A DNA stretch of 64,000 bases from an uncultured Alphaproteobacteria bacterium (GCA_963799285.1 CAWCWK010000004.1:3225024-3289023); one strand, 5' to 3'; counted from the first letter of the stretch, positions 48,822 to 58,643 are shown. Program-made: numbers and translations. The notes: generated by a model from the letters alone, not told the origin.

Positions 48822-49076
48822 TTAGTGAATGCTGACCGTCGTCAACTCGTTCTGCAGCGCGTTGGCGAGGGCGGCCTCGCGCGTATCGGTCAGAATGATC
48901 GGGCGCCCGTTCGCGCTCACGAGCGCGAAAAGGTCGAGCCCGGGCTCGATATCGGGCGCCTGCGGGAAGAGCTCTGTGATCTCTTCGGACCGCATCGGCT
49001 TCACATAGGCGATCTCGTTCTCGCCGAGGTGGGCGAGATCCTGCGGGGTGATGACCGCGTCCTTCATGTCCATCAT
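48822..49076 (-). CDS. DUF1150 family protein
   Basis: 84 aa: ...LAHLGENEIAYVKPMRSEE...LFALVSANGRPIILTDTREAALANALQNELTTVSIH. Confidence 0.8.
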   Translation of the reverse strand: MMDMKDAVITPQDLAHLGENEIAYVKPMRSEEITELFPQAPDIEPGLDLFALVSANGRPIILTDTREAALANALQNELTTVSIH

Positions 49077-49320
49077 CTCGAACTCTCCTGCAGGTCCGCC
49101 AATCGCCCTGTCCGCATGCCAGCCAAAAAGCCGGGCGCGAAGAAGGCTAACGCAGAACCGTTAAGGCCAACGCTACCCCCGCCCGTCCCGCTCGCGCCTC
49201 GCGCGACGCGCGGCCGGGCGAGGGCGGCGCCATCGTGTTGTCCCAAGAGATTGGGCGGCGGGCCCTTGTCTTCAAGCGCGGACAGATGCGCGCACCCGGC
49301 TTGGAGAAGGGGAAGGGCCG

Positions 49321-50718
49321 CTATCCCTTGTTCGTCGCGCGCACCATGGCGGCCTCGTCGAGGGCGGAGAGGTAGTGCGCGCACCAGGCTTTCGCATCGG
49401 CCTTGTGGATATGCGTGTTGAGAGCCTGCCAGCGCTCCTTGCGCTGATCGAGCGGCATGTCGATGGCGGTCTGGAGGGCGTCGGCCATCGAATCGATATT
49501 GTAGGGATTGACGATGAGCGCCTCTTTCATCTGCTCGGCCGCGCCGGCAAAGCGGGAGAGGACGAGAACGCCCGGATCCTCAGGGTCCTGCGCCGCGACG
49601 TATTCCTTCGCGACGAGGTTCATGCCGTCGCGCAGGGGCGAGACGAGTCCGACCGCCGAGGCGCGGTAGAGGCCGGCGAGAATCTGCCGCGTGAAGCCGC
49701 GCGTGAGGAAGCGGATCGGGGTCCAGTCGAAATCGGCATAGGCGCCGTTGATACGCCCCAACTCCGATTCGAGATGATGGCGCAGGTCCGCATAGGCGTC
49801 GAGCTGCGCGCGCGAGAGCGGCGCGATCTGCATGAAGCTGACGCCGCCGCGATTGGTCGGATAGTTCTGCAGCAGTCGCTCGAAGCCGAGGAAGCGCTCC
49901 GGAATGCCCTTCGAATAGTCGAGCCGGTCGACCCCGATGATCTGGCGCCGGCCGGCCAAAAGCGCCTGGAGCCTCGCCCCATGCTCCTTGGCGACGTCGG
50001 TCGTAGCGAGCTTGGCGAAGCTGCCGGCGTCGATGCCGATGGGGAACACTGTCGCGGTGGCGTGCTGGGAGCCGAGATGGACCCGCCCGTCCTCGTCGGC
50101 CGAGCCACCCAGTTCCTCGACGACATAGCGCACGAAGCAGCGCCGATCGAGATCGGTCTGAAAGCCGATGAGGTCATAGGCCATCATGTCCCGGATCATG
50201 TTCTGCGAGCGCGGCAGCGCGGTCAGGATCTCGGGCGGCGGGAAGGGCGTGTGGAGGAAGAAGCCGATCGGGTTCGTCACCTCCATCCGGCGCAACTCGG
50301 CGCCGAGTGGCAGGAAGTGGTAATCGTGCGCCCAGACGATGTCGCTCGCTCCGATGAGCGGCTTGACGCGCTCGGCGAAGCGGTTGTTGACGCGCCTATA
50401 CGCATCCTCGAAGCGCTTGTGGAAATCGGCGATATCGAGCCGGTAGTGGAAGAGGGGCCAGAGCGTCCGGTTCGTGTAGCCGGCGTAGAACTCCTCGTTG
50501 TCGACCTGCGTGATGTCGATGGTGGCAAGCTGGACCTTGCCCTGCTCCTCCATTCGCAAGGGGCCGAACGTGCCCGTCTCCGTGACCTCGCCCGACCAGC
50601 CGAACCACGTGCCGCCGCGCTCTTTGAGCGCGTCGACCAGCCCGACGGCGAGCCCGCCGGCCTGGGCGGTATCGTTGAGGGGGCCGACGCGGTTGGAGAT
50701 GCAGATGAGACGGCTCAT
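49321..50718 (-). CDS. otsA: Alpha,alpha-trehalose-phosphate synthase OtsA
   Basis: MSRLICISNRVGPL...GGLAVGL...GGTWFGWSGE...YAGYTNRTLWPLFHY...VWAHDYHFLPL...GVDRLDYSKGI...SPLRDGMNLVAKEY... Confidence 0.93.
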   Translation of the reverse strand: MSRLICISNRVGPLNDTAQAGGLAVGLVDALKERGGTWFGWSGEVTETGTFGPLRMEEQGKVQLATIDITQVDNEEFYAGYTNRTLWPLFHYRLDIADFHKRFEDAYRRVNNRFAERVKPLIGASDIVWAHDYHFLPLGAELRRMEVTNPIGFFLHTPFPPPEILTALPRSQNMIRDMMAYDLIGFQTDLDRRCFVRYVVEELGGSADEDGRVHLGSQHATATVFPIGIDAGSFAKLATTDVAKEHGARLQALLAGRRQIIGVDRLDYSKGIPERFLGFERLLQNYPTNRGGVSFMQIAPLSRAQLDAYADLRHHLESELGRINGAYADFDWTPIRFLTRGFTRQILAGLYRASAVGLVSPLRDGMNLVAKEYVAAQDPEDPGVLVLSRFAGAAEQMKEALIVNPYNIDSMADALQTAIDMPLDQRKERWQALNTHIHKADAKAWCAHYLSALDEAAMVRATNKG

Positions 50719-50878
50719 GAAATTCTCCAAGCGGACAAGTCGGCGTTATCGATGCGGTGGGCGCTATCCGAATGCCGCGAAAGGGTAGGCGAGGCAAGCG
50801 GCCGCACCGGACCGCGACGGTGCCGAGACCAAGGAATTGAAGCGGTTCAAGGTTTCGGACGCCCGGCAAATCGGCCTT

Positions 50879-50914
50879 CCAGTGCGCCTTCCGGTGCGCC
50901 TTCCAAAGGGCGTC
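50879..50914. repeat. 12-bp tandem repeat (gtgcgccttccg, 2 copies plus one degenerate) in the otsB-otsA spacer
   Basis: Read directly from the sequence. Confidence 0.85.
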
Positions 50915-50918
50915 GCGC

Positions 50919-51725
50919 CTAGCCGGATGCGCCGCCATTCGCCAGCCAGCGACCGATCTCGTCCACATCGACGGCCCGGTATCGCGCGGCGGTCTCGCCG
51001 TCCCCGACCTTGATGCCGAAGCCGCCGAGCCGCGTGGCCGCGCGAAAGCCGTCCTCGTCGGTCACGTCGTCGCCGACGAAGACGGGCATGCGACCAATGA
51101 AGGGCGCCTCGGCCATGAAGGTCTCGACCGCCGCGCCCTTGTCCGATGTCGCGGGCTTGACCTCGACGACCATCTTGCCGTGCACGGCGTGGAGACCGTC
51201 CAGCGCCTCCATCGCCTCCTCGACGAGAGCGATCGCCCGGTCGCCGCGCTCGGGATGACGGCGGTAGTGCAGCGCGATCGAGGCGCCCTTGTCCTCGATG
51301 CCGAGGCCCGCCTCTCCGGCCGGGCCGAGGATCCGCGTGCGAAACGTCTCCAGCGCCTCGCTCGCCGCCGGCTCGTGGCGTCGTCCCGACCCATCGCGCC
51401 GCTCCAGGCCATGGAGACCGGCGGTGGGAAGGGTGAGGGGGCTCAGCACGCGATCGATCGTCGCGATGGGACGGCCCGACACCATCGCCATCGCACCGCT
51501 GAGACGATCGCGCACAAGCGGCAGGGCCGCGCGCGTCGCATCCGCGACCGTGACGGCCTCCGGGTCGTCGACGATCTCGGCCAGCACGCCGTCGAAATCG
51601 AGAAAGAGGGCCCAGCCGGGCGCGATGGGTGGCGGCGTCTCTGACGGCAAGGAAAGGCTCCGTTCTGGCGGCGATGCGATCGGCACGGTTCGGCGAGCGC
51701 AGGACCGGCGCGCCGCAGATAGCAT
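50919..51725 (-). CDS. otsB: Trehalose-phosphatase OtsB (HAD family)
   Basis: ...WALFLDFDGVLAEIV...AMVSGRPI...VVEVKPATSDKGAAV...PVFVGDDVTDEDGF... I set the start at ATG 51725. Confidence 0.88.
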   Translation of the reverse strand: MLSAARRSCARRTVPIASPPERSLSLPSETPPPIAPGWALFLDFDGVLAEIVDDPEAVTVADATRAALPLVRDRLSGAMAMVSGRPIATIDRVLSPLTLPTAGLHGLERRDGSGRRHEPAASEALETFRTRILGPAGEAGLGIEDKGASIALHYRRHPERGDRAIALVEEAMEALDGLHAVHGKMVVEVKPATSDKGAAVETFMAEAPFIGRMPVFVGDDVTDEDGFRAATRLGGFGIKVGDGETAARYRAVDVDEIGRWLANGGASG

Positions 51726-51844
51726 GATTGCGCCGTATTTCGCAGTCACGTCTCGAGACAGGATGCGTTCGCGGTCGGGCTTGAAGGTCCCGGGGCCGCG
51801 AGGGCGCCGCCTCGCCTCCCATTCGAGCTTGAGAGCCTGCCTCG

Positions 51845-52780
51845 ATGCGCCTCGCCTCCACCGCCTCCGCCTTTGGCGTCGCCCTTCTCCTCGGTCTCTC
51901 GGCCGCCTCGGCCGATACGATGCCGCTGCCACGCGACAGGATGGATGCCGGCGCCGCGCTGACGACGGAGGCGCTGGTGGCGGCCGCCGGGCGCGTGGCA
52001 CGGCGGGCCGACGGCGACGACGTACCCGTCGCCGCCCAGCCCTTCGCGGCGACGGCTGCCGCCCGACCGAGCCTCTTCCAGCGTCTCGCCGCCGCCAACC
52101 GCAAGGCCCGCGAAGACAATGCCGCCGCCCGCAAGGAACGGCTGCTCAAGCAGGCAAGCGCGCCCGGAGCCGCGGCGCGGGGGACCGCCAAGATCATGGT
52201 CCCCGGCCCCGACGGCCAGCCGATCCCGCTCGCCCAATCGTCCTGCGGCGGCGCGGCCAGCTTCGTCGCGGCCTTTGTCGAGATCGACTCGGTCAAGGGT
52301 AGCGGGCGTTGCGGCATCGCCGAGCCGATCAAGGTCTCCGCCCTCACCCAGCATGCCGTGACGGTGACGCCGTCCGCGACGCTCAACTGCCCCGTCACCA
52401 ACGCCATCGCCGACTGGATGCGGGACAGCGTCGTCGGCGCGGCCGAGGCCGAGCTCGGCGCGAAGCCCGCCCGCATCGTCAACGCCGCGTCCTATGCCTG
52501 CCGCACGCGTGGCCACAAGCGCAGCACCCGCCTCTCGGAGCACGCCTTCGGCAATGCCCTCGATATCGGTGCCTTCGTCCTGGAGGACGGCCGGCGCGTG
52601 GATGTGAGGAATCATCCAGAGGGCAGCGCCGAGGCCCGTTTCCTCGCCTCGATCCGCAAGAGCGCCTGCACCTATTTCACGACCGTTCTCGGGCCGGGCT
52701 ATAACCGCGCCCACGCCGACCATCTTCATCTCGACATCGCTCAGCACACCGCAGCGGGCGACTATCGGTTCTGCCGGTAG
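51845..52780 (+). CDS. Extensin-like C-terminal domain protein (secreted)
   Basis: It has a signal peptide. Motifs: ...CGIAEPIKVSAL...ATLNCPVTNAIADWM...SYACRTRGHKRSTRLSEHAFGNALDIGAFVLEDGR...TTVLGPGYNRAHADHLHLD... Confidence 0.85.
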   Translation: MRLASTASAFGVALLLGLSAASADTMPLPRDRMDAGAALTTEALVAAAGRVARRADGDDVPVAAQPFAATAAARPSLFQRLAAANRKAREDNAAARKERLLKQASAPGAAARGTAKIMVPGPDGQPIPLAQSSCGGAASFVAAFVEIDSVKGSGRCGIAEPIKVSALTQHAVTVTPSATLNCPVTNAIADWMRDSVVGAAEAELGAKPARIVNAASYACRTRGHKRSTRLSEHAFGNALDIGAFVLEDGRRVDVRNHPEGSAEARFLASIRKSACTYFTTVLGPGYNRAHADHLHLDIAQHTAAGDYRFCR

Positions 52781-52829
52781 CCGGTGCGCCGCTGCGCTGA
52801 ACGGAGAAACGCCTTGCCGGTCCGGCGCG

Positions 52830-53447
52830 TCAGCCGCGACCTCGCGCGGCCCTGATCACGTCCCCGACCGCCAGCCGCATGGCATCGAAGCCCGCATCCG
52901 AGGCAATGACGTAGTCGGCCCGGCCGCGCTTCTCCGCGTCCGGCGTCTGGCGCGCGAGGATGGCGGCGAGCGTCTCCTCCGTCATGCCGGGCCGCGCCAG
53001 GGCGCGCTCGCGCTGGATGGCTGCGGGCGCGGAGACGGTGGCGACGGCGTCGACGGTCCCCTCCAGCCCGGTTTCGAAGAGGAGCGGGATGTCGAAGACG
53101 ACGAGATCGGCTCCCGTCTTCTCCGCGTCCCGAAGGAAGCGCGCGCGCTCCTCGGCGACGAGCGGATGGACGATGGCCTCGAGCCGGTTCAGCGCGGCCG
53201 GATCGCCAAGGACGGCGCGCGAGAGGGCGGCGCGATCGACGGCACCATCCACGCTCGTGCCCGGAAAGGCCGCCTCGACGAGGGGGGCGGCCCGGCCGGC
53301 ATAAAGCGCGTGCACGGCCGCATCCGCATCGAAGACCGGTATGCCTTCGGCCGCGAACATCGCGGCCGCCGTCGACTTGCCCATGGCGATGCCGCCAGTG
53401 AGGCCGAGGCGGAAGACGCGTCTGCCAGTGTCGTCAGCCACCGGCAA
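52830..53447 (-). CDS. coaE: Dephospho-CoA kinase CoaE
   Basis: ...[29 protein letters not shown]...[10 protein letters not shown]... The start is TTG 53447 or GTG 53441. Confidence 0.88.
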   Translation of the reverse strand: MPVADDTGRRVFRLGLTGGIAMGKSTAAAMFAAEGIPVFDADAAVHALYAGRAAPLVEAAFPGTSVDGAVDRAALSRAVLGDPAALNRLEAIVHPLVAEERARFLRDAEKTGADLVVFDIPLLFETGLEGTVDAVATVSAPAAIQRERALARPGMTEETLAAILARQTPDAEKRGRADYVIASDAGFDAMRLAVGDVIRAARGRG

Positions 53448-54264
53448 GGTCCGAGACGACGAGATCGCGCAGTTCCGCCGTCACCTCGGGGCGCAGGCCG
53501 AACCAGATCTCGAAGCTGAGCGCCGCCTGATGAAGCAGCATGCCGAGCCCATCGACGCCGACGAGTCCGCGCCGCCGCGCGGCGGCGAGAAGGCCGGTCT
53601 CGAGGGGCGCGTATACGATGTCGGCGACGAGCGCATGGTCGGGCAGCACGTCGATCGTGCCCCCCGGCAGCAGGAGCGGTGGCTGGCCCGTCATGCCGAG
53701 AGAGGTCGTGTTGACGAGAAGATCGGTGTCGCGGGCGATGGCGGCGCTGTCGGTCCATTCGATGGCTCCGGCGCCGAAATCGCGCGCCAGACCCTCGGCG
53801 CGCTCGAGCGTGCGATTCGCGAGCGTCACGCGGGTGCCGCGCGCCGTCAGCGCCTCCACGATGGCGCGCGCGGCCCCGCCCGCTCCGAGGACGAGCGCGT
53901 GCTCGATCGCATGGCCGGGCGCCGCCTCGTCAAGCCCGGCGAGAAAGCCCGGCCCGTCGGTCGTCGTGGCGTGCACCTCTCCCTCGACGGCCCAGAGCGT
54001 GTTGGCGCCGCCGACGCTCGAGGCGGCCTCGCTCGGCCGGTCGGCGAGGGCGAGGGCGGCCTCCTTGTGCGGCACCGTGACGTTGCAGCCGATCCAGTCG
54101 CCGGTGCGAACGATGTCTAGAAACGCGCCAAGCCTCTCGGGCGCGACGGCGCGCTTCGTGTAGGTCGCGTCAAGGCCGTGTGCCGCGATCCAGTGACCAT
54201 GGATGAGCGGAGAGCGCGAATGTGCGATCGGCCAACCGATGACCCCTGCGTGGCGCTCGCTCAA
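53434..54264 (-). CDS. aroE: Shikimate dehydrogenase AroE
   Basis: ...[19 protein letters not shown]...[12 protein letters not shown]...GGANTLW...TTDGPGF...[11 protein letters not shown]...NTTSLGM... The TTG start at 54264 overlaps the maf stop. Confidence 0.9.
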   Translation of the reverse strand: MSERHAGVIGWPIAHSRSPLIHGHWIAAHGLDATYTKRAVAPERLGAFLDIVRTGDWIGCNVTVPHKEAALALADRPSEAASSVGGANTLWAVEGEVHATTTDGPGFLAGLDEAAPGHAIEHALVLGAGGAARAIVEALTARGTRVTLANRTLERAEGLARDFGAGAIEWTDSAAIARDTDLLVNTTSLGMTGQPPLLLPGGTIDVLPDHALVADIVYAPLETGLLAAARRRGLVGVDGLGMLLHQAALSFEIWFGLRPEVTAELRDLVVSDLAGG

Positions 54265-54854
54265 AACTCGAGCGCGCCCTGGCTGCGCAGAAAGGCGAGA
54301 AGGGGGAGGAGGGGGAGGCCGAGAATGGTCGCATGGTCGCCCACGATCCGCTCCATCAGCCGAATGCCCGGCCCCTCGATCTGATAGGCCCCGACGCTGC
54401 CAAGGGCCGCGTCGCCGACATGGGCCATGTAGACGCCCACCTCCTTCGGGCTGAGGGCACGCATGGTGAGATGCGCGGCGGCGGCGTGCGAGAAGACCGG
54501 CATCCCGTCCCGCGCGACCGTCACCACCGCATGGAGCGTATGGGTGCGCCCCTGGAGGGCGAGGAGCTGCGCGCGCGCGGCGTCTTGCGTTTCCGGCTTG
54601 TGGAAGCGCTCGCCGTCGCAATCGAGCGTCTGGTCGGCGCCGATGACGAGGGCCGAGGGGTTGCGCGACGAGACGTCGACCGCCTTGGCTTGGGCGAGGA
54701 CGGCGGCGATGTCCTCGGCTCCGAAGCCCTCCTCTGTCAGCGGCGCCTCGGCGGCGCGCTCGTCGATATCGGGGGACGCGATCTCGATGTCGAGGCCGGC
54801 CGCGCGCAGCATGTCCGCGCGGGTGGGGCTCTTGGAGGCTAGGATGAGGCGCAT
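54261..54854 (-). CDS. maf: Maf family nucleoside-triphosphate pyrophosphatase
   Basis: MRLILASKSPTRADMLRAAGL...VIGADQTL...GKP...GAYQIEGPG...IVGDHATILGLPL... Confidence 0.92.
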   Translation of the reverse strand: MRLILASKSPTRADMLRAAGLDIEIASPDIDERAAEAPLTEEGFGAEDIAAVLAQAKAVDVSSRNPSALVIGADQTLDCDGERFHKPETQDAARAQLLALQGRTHTLHAVVTVARDGMPVFSHAAAAHLTMRALSPKEVGVYMAHVGDAALGSVGAYQIEGPGIRLMERIVGDHATILGLPLLPLLAFLRSQGALEF

Positions 54855-54928
54855 GATCGGGCGTCCGGACGGTTCGGTATCGAGATCGCCCGACGGGCAC
54901 GGCGCGCCGTGTCAGGCAAGAAGGGGAT

Positions 54929-56056
54929 CTAGAGCCCGTCGCTGCGGCCCGCCGTCATCTTCGGCCCGCCGGCGACGCGGTCGGCCATGACGGCGCCGCG
55001 CTCGCCCATCGGCGCATCGGGGCCGACGGTCGTATCCTCGCGCGTCTGGTGCTCCAGTTCGGAGTTCATCTCGGCACAGGTGATGACGATGATGGTCGAG
55101 ATCCAGATCCAGGTCATGAAGCCGATGGCGGCGCCGAGCGAGCCGTAGGTCTCGTTGTAGGAGCCGAAATTGGCGACGTACCAGGAAAAGAGGACCGACA
55201 CGATCACCCAGAGCCCGGCCGCCGCGAGACCGCCGATGGAGAGCCAGCGCCACTTCGCCGGATCGCGCGAGGGACCGTAGCGGTAGAGGAGAGTAAGGAA
55301 GGCGGCGATGACGACGAAGAGCACCGGCCAGCGCAGCCAGCTCATCAGCGTCTCGATGACGGACCCGAGCGCCATGTTGTTGACGATGGCCGGGACCGCG
55401 ACGACGCCGAAGAGCGCCATCACGACGAAGAGGAGCGCGCCCAGCGTGAAGGCGAGGGCGGTGAGGGTGAGGCTGACGAAGCCGCGCTTCTCGACCTCCT
55501 CATAGGCGATGTTGAGCGCCTCGATGATGGCCTTCATGCCGCCATTGGCCGACCAGAGCGCGAGCCCGAGGCCGATGAGGAATGTCACCCCCAGGCTGCC
55601 CCTATCCTGCGAGACGAGCGTTTCCAGCTGACCCTCGATGATCTCGACGGCGCCGCCCGGCAATACGCCCTGGAGCGCGCTCACCTGGCTCTGGATCGAG
55701 GTGGGATCGGCGAAGAGGCCATAGACGGAGACGAGGGCGGCCAGGGCGGGGAAGAGCGCGAGGAGGACGTAGAACGTGACGCCCGCCGCGACGAGCAGGA
55801 CGTGGTCTTCCGAAATCTGCTTGTAGGTGCGGATCAGCACCTGCTTCCAGCCCTTGGCCGGCAGCGCGGTGGGCGAATCGGCGTGGCGACCGGCACCTGA
55901 ATGCTTCGCTTCCTCGGCCTTCTTCGCCTTGGCCCGGCCCTCCTCGCGGCGCTGACGGCGTGTCTTGCCTGTGCCGAAGAATGCGAGGCCCGCAGCTGCG
56001 GTGGCGGCGAGCACGACGCCGGCCTTGTTGGGCGAGGAGGGTTTGGAATCGGTCAC
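54929..56056 (-). CDS. YihY/BrkB family inner-membrane protein
   Basis: ...WKQVLIRTYKQISEDHVLLVAAGVTFYVLLALFPALAAL...LWSANGGMKAIIEALNIAYE... I prefer the GTG start at 56056. The track ATG at 56182 lies inside the predicted EcfG promoter. Confidence 0.85.
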   Translation of the reverse strand: MTDSKPSSPNKAGVVLAATAAAGLAFFGTGKTRRQRREEGRAKAKKAEEAKHSGAGRHADSPTALPAKGWKQVLIRTYKQISEDHVLLVAAGVTFYVLLALFPALAALVSVYGLFADPTSIQSQVSALQGVLPGGAVEIIEGQLETLVSQDRGSLGVTFLIGLGLALWSANGGMKAIIEALNIAYEEVEKRGFVSLTLTALAFTLGALLFVVMALFGVVAVPAIVNNMALGSVIETLMSWLRWPVLFVVIAAFLTLLYRYGPSRDPAKWRWLSIGGLAAAGLWVIVSVLFSWYVANFGSYNETYGSLGAAIGFMTWIWISTIIVITCAEMNSELEHQTREDTTVGPDAPMGERGAVMADRVAGGPKMTAGRSDGL

Positions 56057-56163
56057 GGCGGTCTGGCCAAGCCTTTCGGAGCGCCGCACCCGTCCGTGGG
56101 ATGGACGGGCAGGGCCATAGGTCGTGTGCCGGCGTGGAGACGCGGCGCATGTTTCGGTTCGGA

Positions 56164-56189
56164 AACGGCTCCGGGCCGTCATGGGTTCC
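56164..56189 (-). promoter_or_regulatory. EcfG/SigT-type general-stress promoter (GGAAC-N17-CGTT) upstream of the yihY-family gene
   Basis: The minus strand reads GGAAC (56189-56185), ccatgacggcccggagc, CGTT (56167-56164). This is an exact consensus match in the correct orientation, about 100 nt upstream of GTG 56056. Confidence 0.65.
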
Positions 56190-56320
56190 TCGGCGGCGTC
56201 TTTTGCGAACGCCGCGGGCGCCTCCGGACACGAAAAAGGCCCCGCCGAAGCGGAGCCTTCGTCGATCGAGGACCGTTCGCGCCCGTCATCGACGGAGCGC
56301 GGACGACCGGGCGGTTCGAA

Positions 56321-57934
56321 TCAGGCCGATTTCGCCGTCTTGTCCGTCGGCACGTCGGACGGCGTGACGTGCTGCTTCTCGGCCTCGTCCTTGGCGCCCG
56401 AGATCGCGGCGTCGAGAACGCTCTCGACCTTGGAGACGCCCTCCTTGATACCGGAGCGTGCCATGTCACCGGCCTGGGCGATGCCGGAGCGGGCCGCGGA
56501 ACCGGCCTGGGCGGCACCCTGACGGGCGAGACCGCCGACGCGCTCGGCCTCAGCGCGGGCCGCATCGCCGGCGGCGCGGGCCTTGCCCTCGGCCTCGGCC
56601 GGTGTCAGGCCCTGACGACGCGCCTCGCCCATGGCGTCGTCATAGGCGCGCTGGCCGATGGCGAGAACCTTGGACTTGGCCTCCTCGAACGTATCCTGAC
56701 CGGTCTCCCAGGCCTGACGCTTATAGGCATCGGCCGTCTCGCCGAAATACTCGTCCTCGATGCGCGTCTTGGGCAGCGCGGCACCGATGGCGGCACCGAT
56801 GGCGATGCCGAGAGCGCCGAGAAGGAGCGGATTGTCGCGCAGGATTCCTCCGGCCTGCGAGGCATAGCGCCCGGCGTTCGATCCGTAGGAGCGTGCGCCG
56901 TAGCGCGCATCGTCGACCCAGCGGCGACCATTGGCTGTCATGACGTAATATCCTCTCCGGCCGCTCTGGCTCAGTCTGTCGCCCGCATAGCGCGCGCCGC
57001 CGCTCACCCGGTCATAGGCCATGGCGGCTCCATCGGTAACACTCTCATACGCCGAATGGGCGTAATCCGACACGGTCTCGACGACATTGCCGAGCGCGTC
57101 GGTGATGGTGCCGGCAGCACCGGCGATCCCGCCGACTGCGTAGGACGCCGCGCTCGATGCGCCGCTCGCCGCGGAGCGACCCGCGCCGGCAACGCCGCCG
57201 GCCGCGCTCGATGCAGCCGAGGAGAGCCCGGTGGCGGCATCGTAGCCGGCCCGGCGCGCCCCTTGCGCGGCGCGGGCCGCGCTGTCGGTCGCCGTATGCG
57301 CACCGCTCGACAGGCCTGAGCCGATCGCGCGGCCCGTGCCGGCAATGCCGCTCGCGGCCGAGGACGCGGCGCTCGACGCGCCATGGGCCGCCCGGCTCGT
57401 GCCGGCCTGACCGCTCTCGCTTAAGGCGTGGATCGTGCCCGAGGCGGCGCCGGCCGCCGCGTCGGCGTAGCCGCGCGCGCGATCGCCGATCGAGGGGCTG
57501 CGATCAGCACCGACGGCCAGCGCTTCGGAGCGGCTGCCCGGATAGTAGCCCGTGTCGGCCGCATAGCTGTCTGCATAGGCGTCTCCGCCGTAATAGACTT
57601 CGGCGTCCGCATCGTAGTCGCGCCCGCCAACGTAGCGGTCACGATAGACGGTGCGGGTCTTCGGCTGGCCGCTCGAGAAGGCGAGCCAGGCGAGGCCGGC
57701 GCCGACGAGCGTGAGGGGAAGCGGATTGTCACGCACCTGGCGGCCGAGATTGCGGGCCATGTCGGCAGCGCCGTTCTCACGCGCGAAGGTGACGGCCTGC
57801 TCGAAGATCTCGCCCGGCGCCATGCGGTCCTGGATCTCGTCGAGCGTATGGCTGACGCGGGCGCGGGTCGCCTCGACCTCCGCCTCGATCTGCTCCGGGC
57901 TCTTATTGCCGGGGTCTGTGGTCTCGGTGGACAT
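56321..57934 (-). CDS. Large DUF3618-type membrane protein with Ala/Ser/Gly-rich internal repeats
   Basis: The N-terminus, SPEQIEAEVEATRARVSHTLDEIQDRM, is DUF3618-like. Two hydrophobic segments are NPLPLTLVGAGLAWLAF and NPLLLGALGIAIGAAIGAAL. Reiterated motifs are SSAASG(I/V)AG(T/A)GR. Confidence 0.75.
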   Translation of the reverse strand: MSTETTDPGNKSPEQIEAEVEATRARVSHTLDEIQDRMAPGEIFEQAVTFARENGAADMARNLGRQVRDNPLPLTLVGAGLAWLAFSSGQPKTRTVYRDRYVGGRDYDADAEVYYGGDAYADSYAADTGYYPGSRSEALAVGADRSPSIGDRARGYADAAAGAASGTIHALSESGQAGTSRAAHGASSAASSAASGIAGTGRAIGSGLSSGAHTATDSAARAAQGARRAGYDAATGLSSAASSAAGGVAGAGRSAASGASSAASYAVGGIAGAAGTITDALGNVVETVSDYAHSAYESVTDGAAMAYDRVSGGARYAGDRLSQSGRRGYYVMTANGRRWVDDARYGARSYGSNAGRYASQAGGILRDNPLLLGALGIAIGAAIGAALPKTRIEDEYFGETADAYKRQAWETGQDTFEEAKSKVLAIGQRAYDDAMGEARRQGLTPAEAEGKARAAGDAARAEAERVGGLARQGAAQAGSAARSGIAQAGDMARSGIKEGVSKVESVLDAAISGAKDEAEKQHVTPSDVPTDKTAKSA

Positions 57935-58013
57935 GTGGATCTCCTGATGGATGTATCGTCGCTGGGATCAGCGCCGGTTCTGTCGTCTCGTCCCGGCCGA
58001 CGGCGGGGTGTCG

Positions 58014-58553
58014 TCAGACGTGCTCCTTGGCGACCTCGGCGTCGCGGCTCACCTGGTGAATGGTCCGGCTGGGCGTGAGGTTGGAGAGCTTCATCTCGTT
58101 GACGCCCTTCTTCATCAGCACCACGCCGACGATGGCGAAGAGCGTACCGACGATGAGTGCGGCCAGGCCCTCGTAGGTCGGCAGCGTGCGCGCGGCGTCG
58201 AGCTGGGCGCCGACATTCTCGTTGATCGCCGTTACGAGCGCGAGGCTGGTCTCGTCGAAGCCGTCGACCGCGACGAGCGTGCGCTCGTCATTGCCGCCGA
58301 AGATGCCGACGAGGAGGCGGGCGACGCCGCTCACCAGAGCCGAGAGCAGAATGCCGAGCGAGACGGCGAGCATGATCGCGCCGCCGACGATCTCTCCGAC
58401 CGCAGTACCGAGCTGGCCGACCTTGTCGGACATCTCGGCCCGTGCGAGCTGGACCTCCTTGCGGAACAGCGTCGAGACCTCGTTGAGGAGATCGGTGAAG
58501 AGCTCACCCATCGAGCGACTGTCGCGGGGTGTGTTGTAGTCTTGTGATGCCAT
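58014..58553 (-). CDS. Holin-X / Phage_holin_3_6 (PF07332)-like two-TM membrane protein
   Basis: ...SMGELFTDLLNEVSTLFRKEVQLARAEMSDKVGQLGTAVGEIVGGAIMLAVSLGILLSAL...LAALIVGTLFAIVGVVLM... A ~45-aa insertion lies between the TM helices. This is a family call from memory. Confidence 0.6.
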   Translation of the reverse strand: MASQDYNTPRDSRSMGELFTDLLNEVSTLFRKEVQLARAEMSDKVGQLGTAVGEIVGGAIMLAVSLGILLSALVSGVARLLVGIFGGNDERTLVAVDGFDETSLALVTAINENVGAQLDAARTLPTYEGLAALIVGTLFAIVGVVLMKKGVNEMKLSNLTPSRTIHQVSRDAEVAKEHV

Positions 58554-58643
58554 GTCCTGGACCGTCCTGTGCGTATCTGATCGTCGTGGTTACCGGAAGG
58601 CGAGGCGGGCGGGCCCTCGAGGACCCACCCGCGCGATCGCCCG

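Noticed and set aside
49248-49276. Possible RpoH promoter for DUF1150 (CTTGAA-N..-CCAATCT on the minus strand)
   Set aside because: It has one mismatch in the -10 and lies about 200 nt from the ATG, with no supporting evidence. It remains plausible but unsupported.
56296-56312. GGTTCGAATC string suggestive of a tRNA T-arm
   Set aside because: The flanking sequence cannot form the T-stem, acceptor stem or anticodon arm. It also overlaps the 3' end region of the DUF3618 gene. No tRNA is called anywhere in the window.
57935-58643. Additional EcfG-like promoters upstream of the DUF3618 gene (aGAAC-N18-CGAT at about 57960-57990) and the holin-X-like gene (GTAAC-N14-ACGC at about 58575-58600), and GGAAC-N16-CTGTT upstream of creA (20698-20723)
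   Set aside because: Each has two or more mismatches or the wrong spacing relative to GGAAC-N16/17-CGTT. Chance matches at this stringency are expected many times per window.
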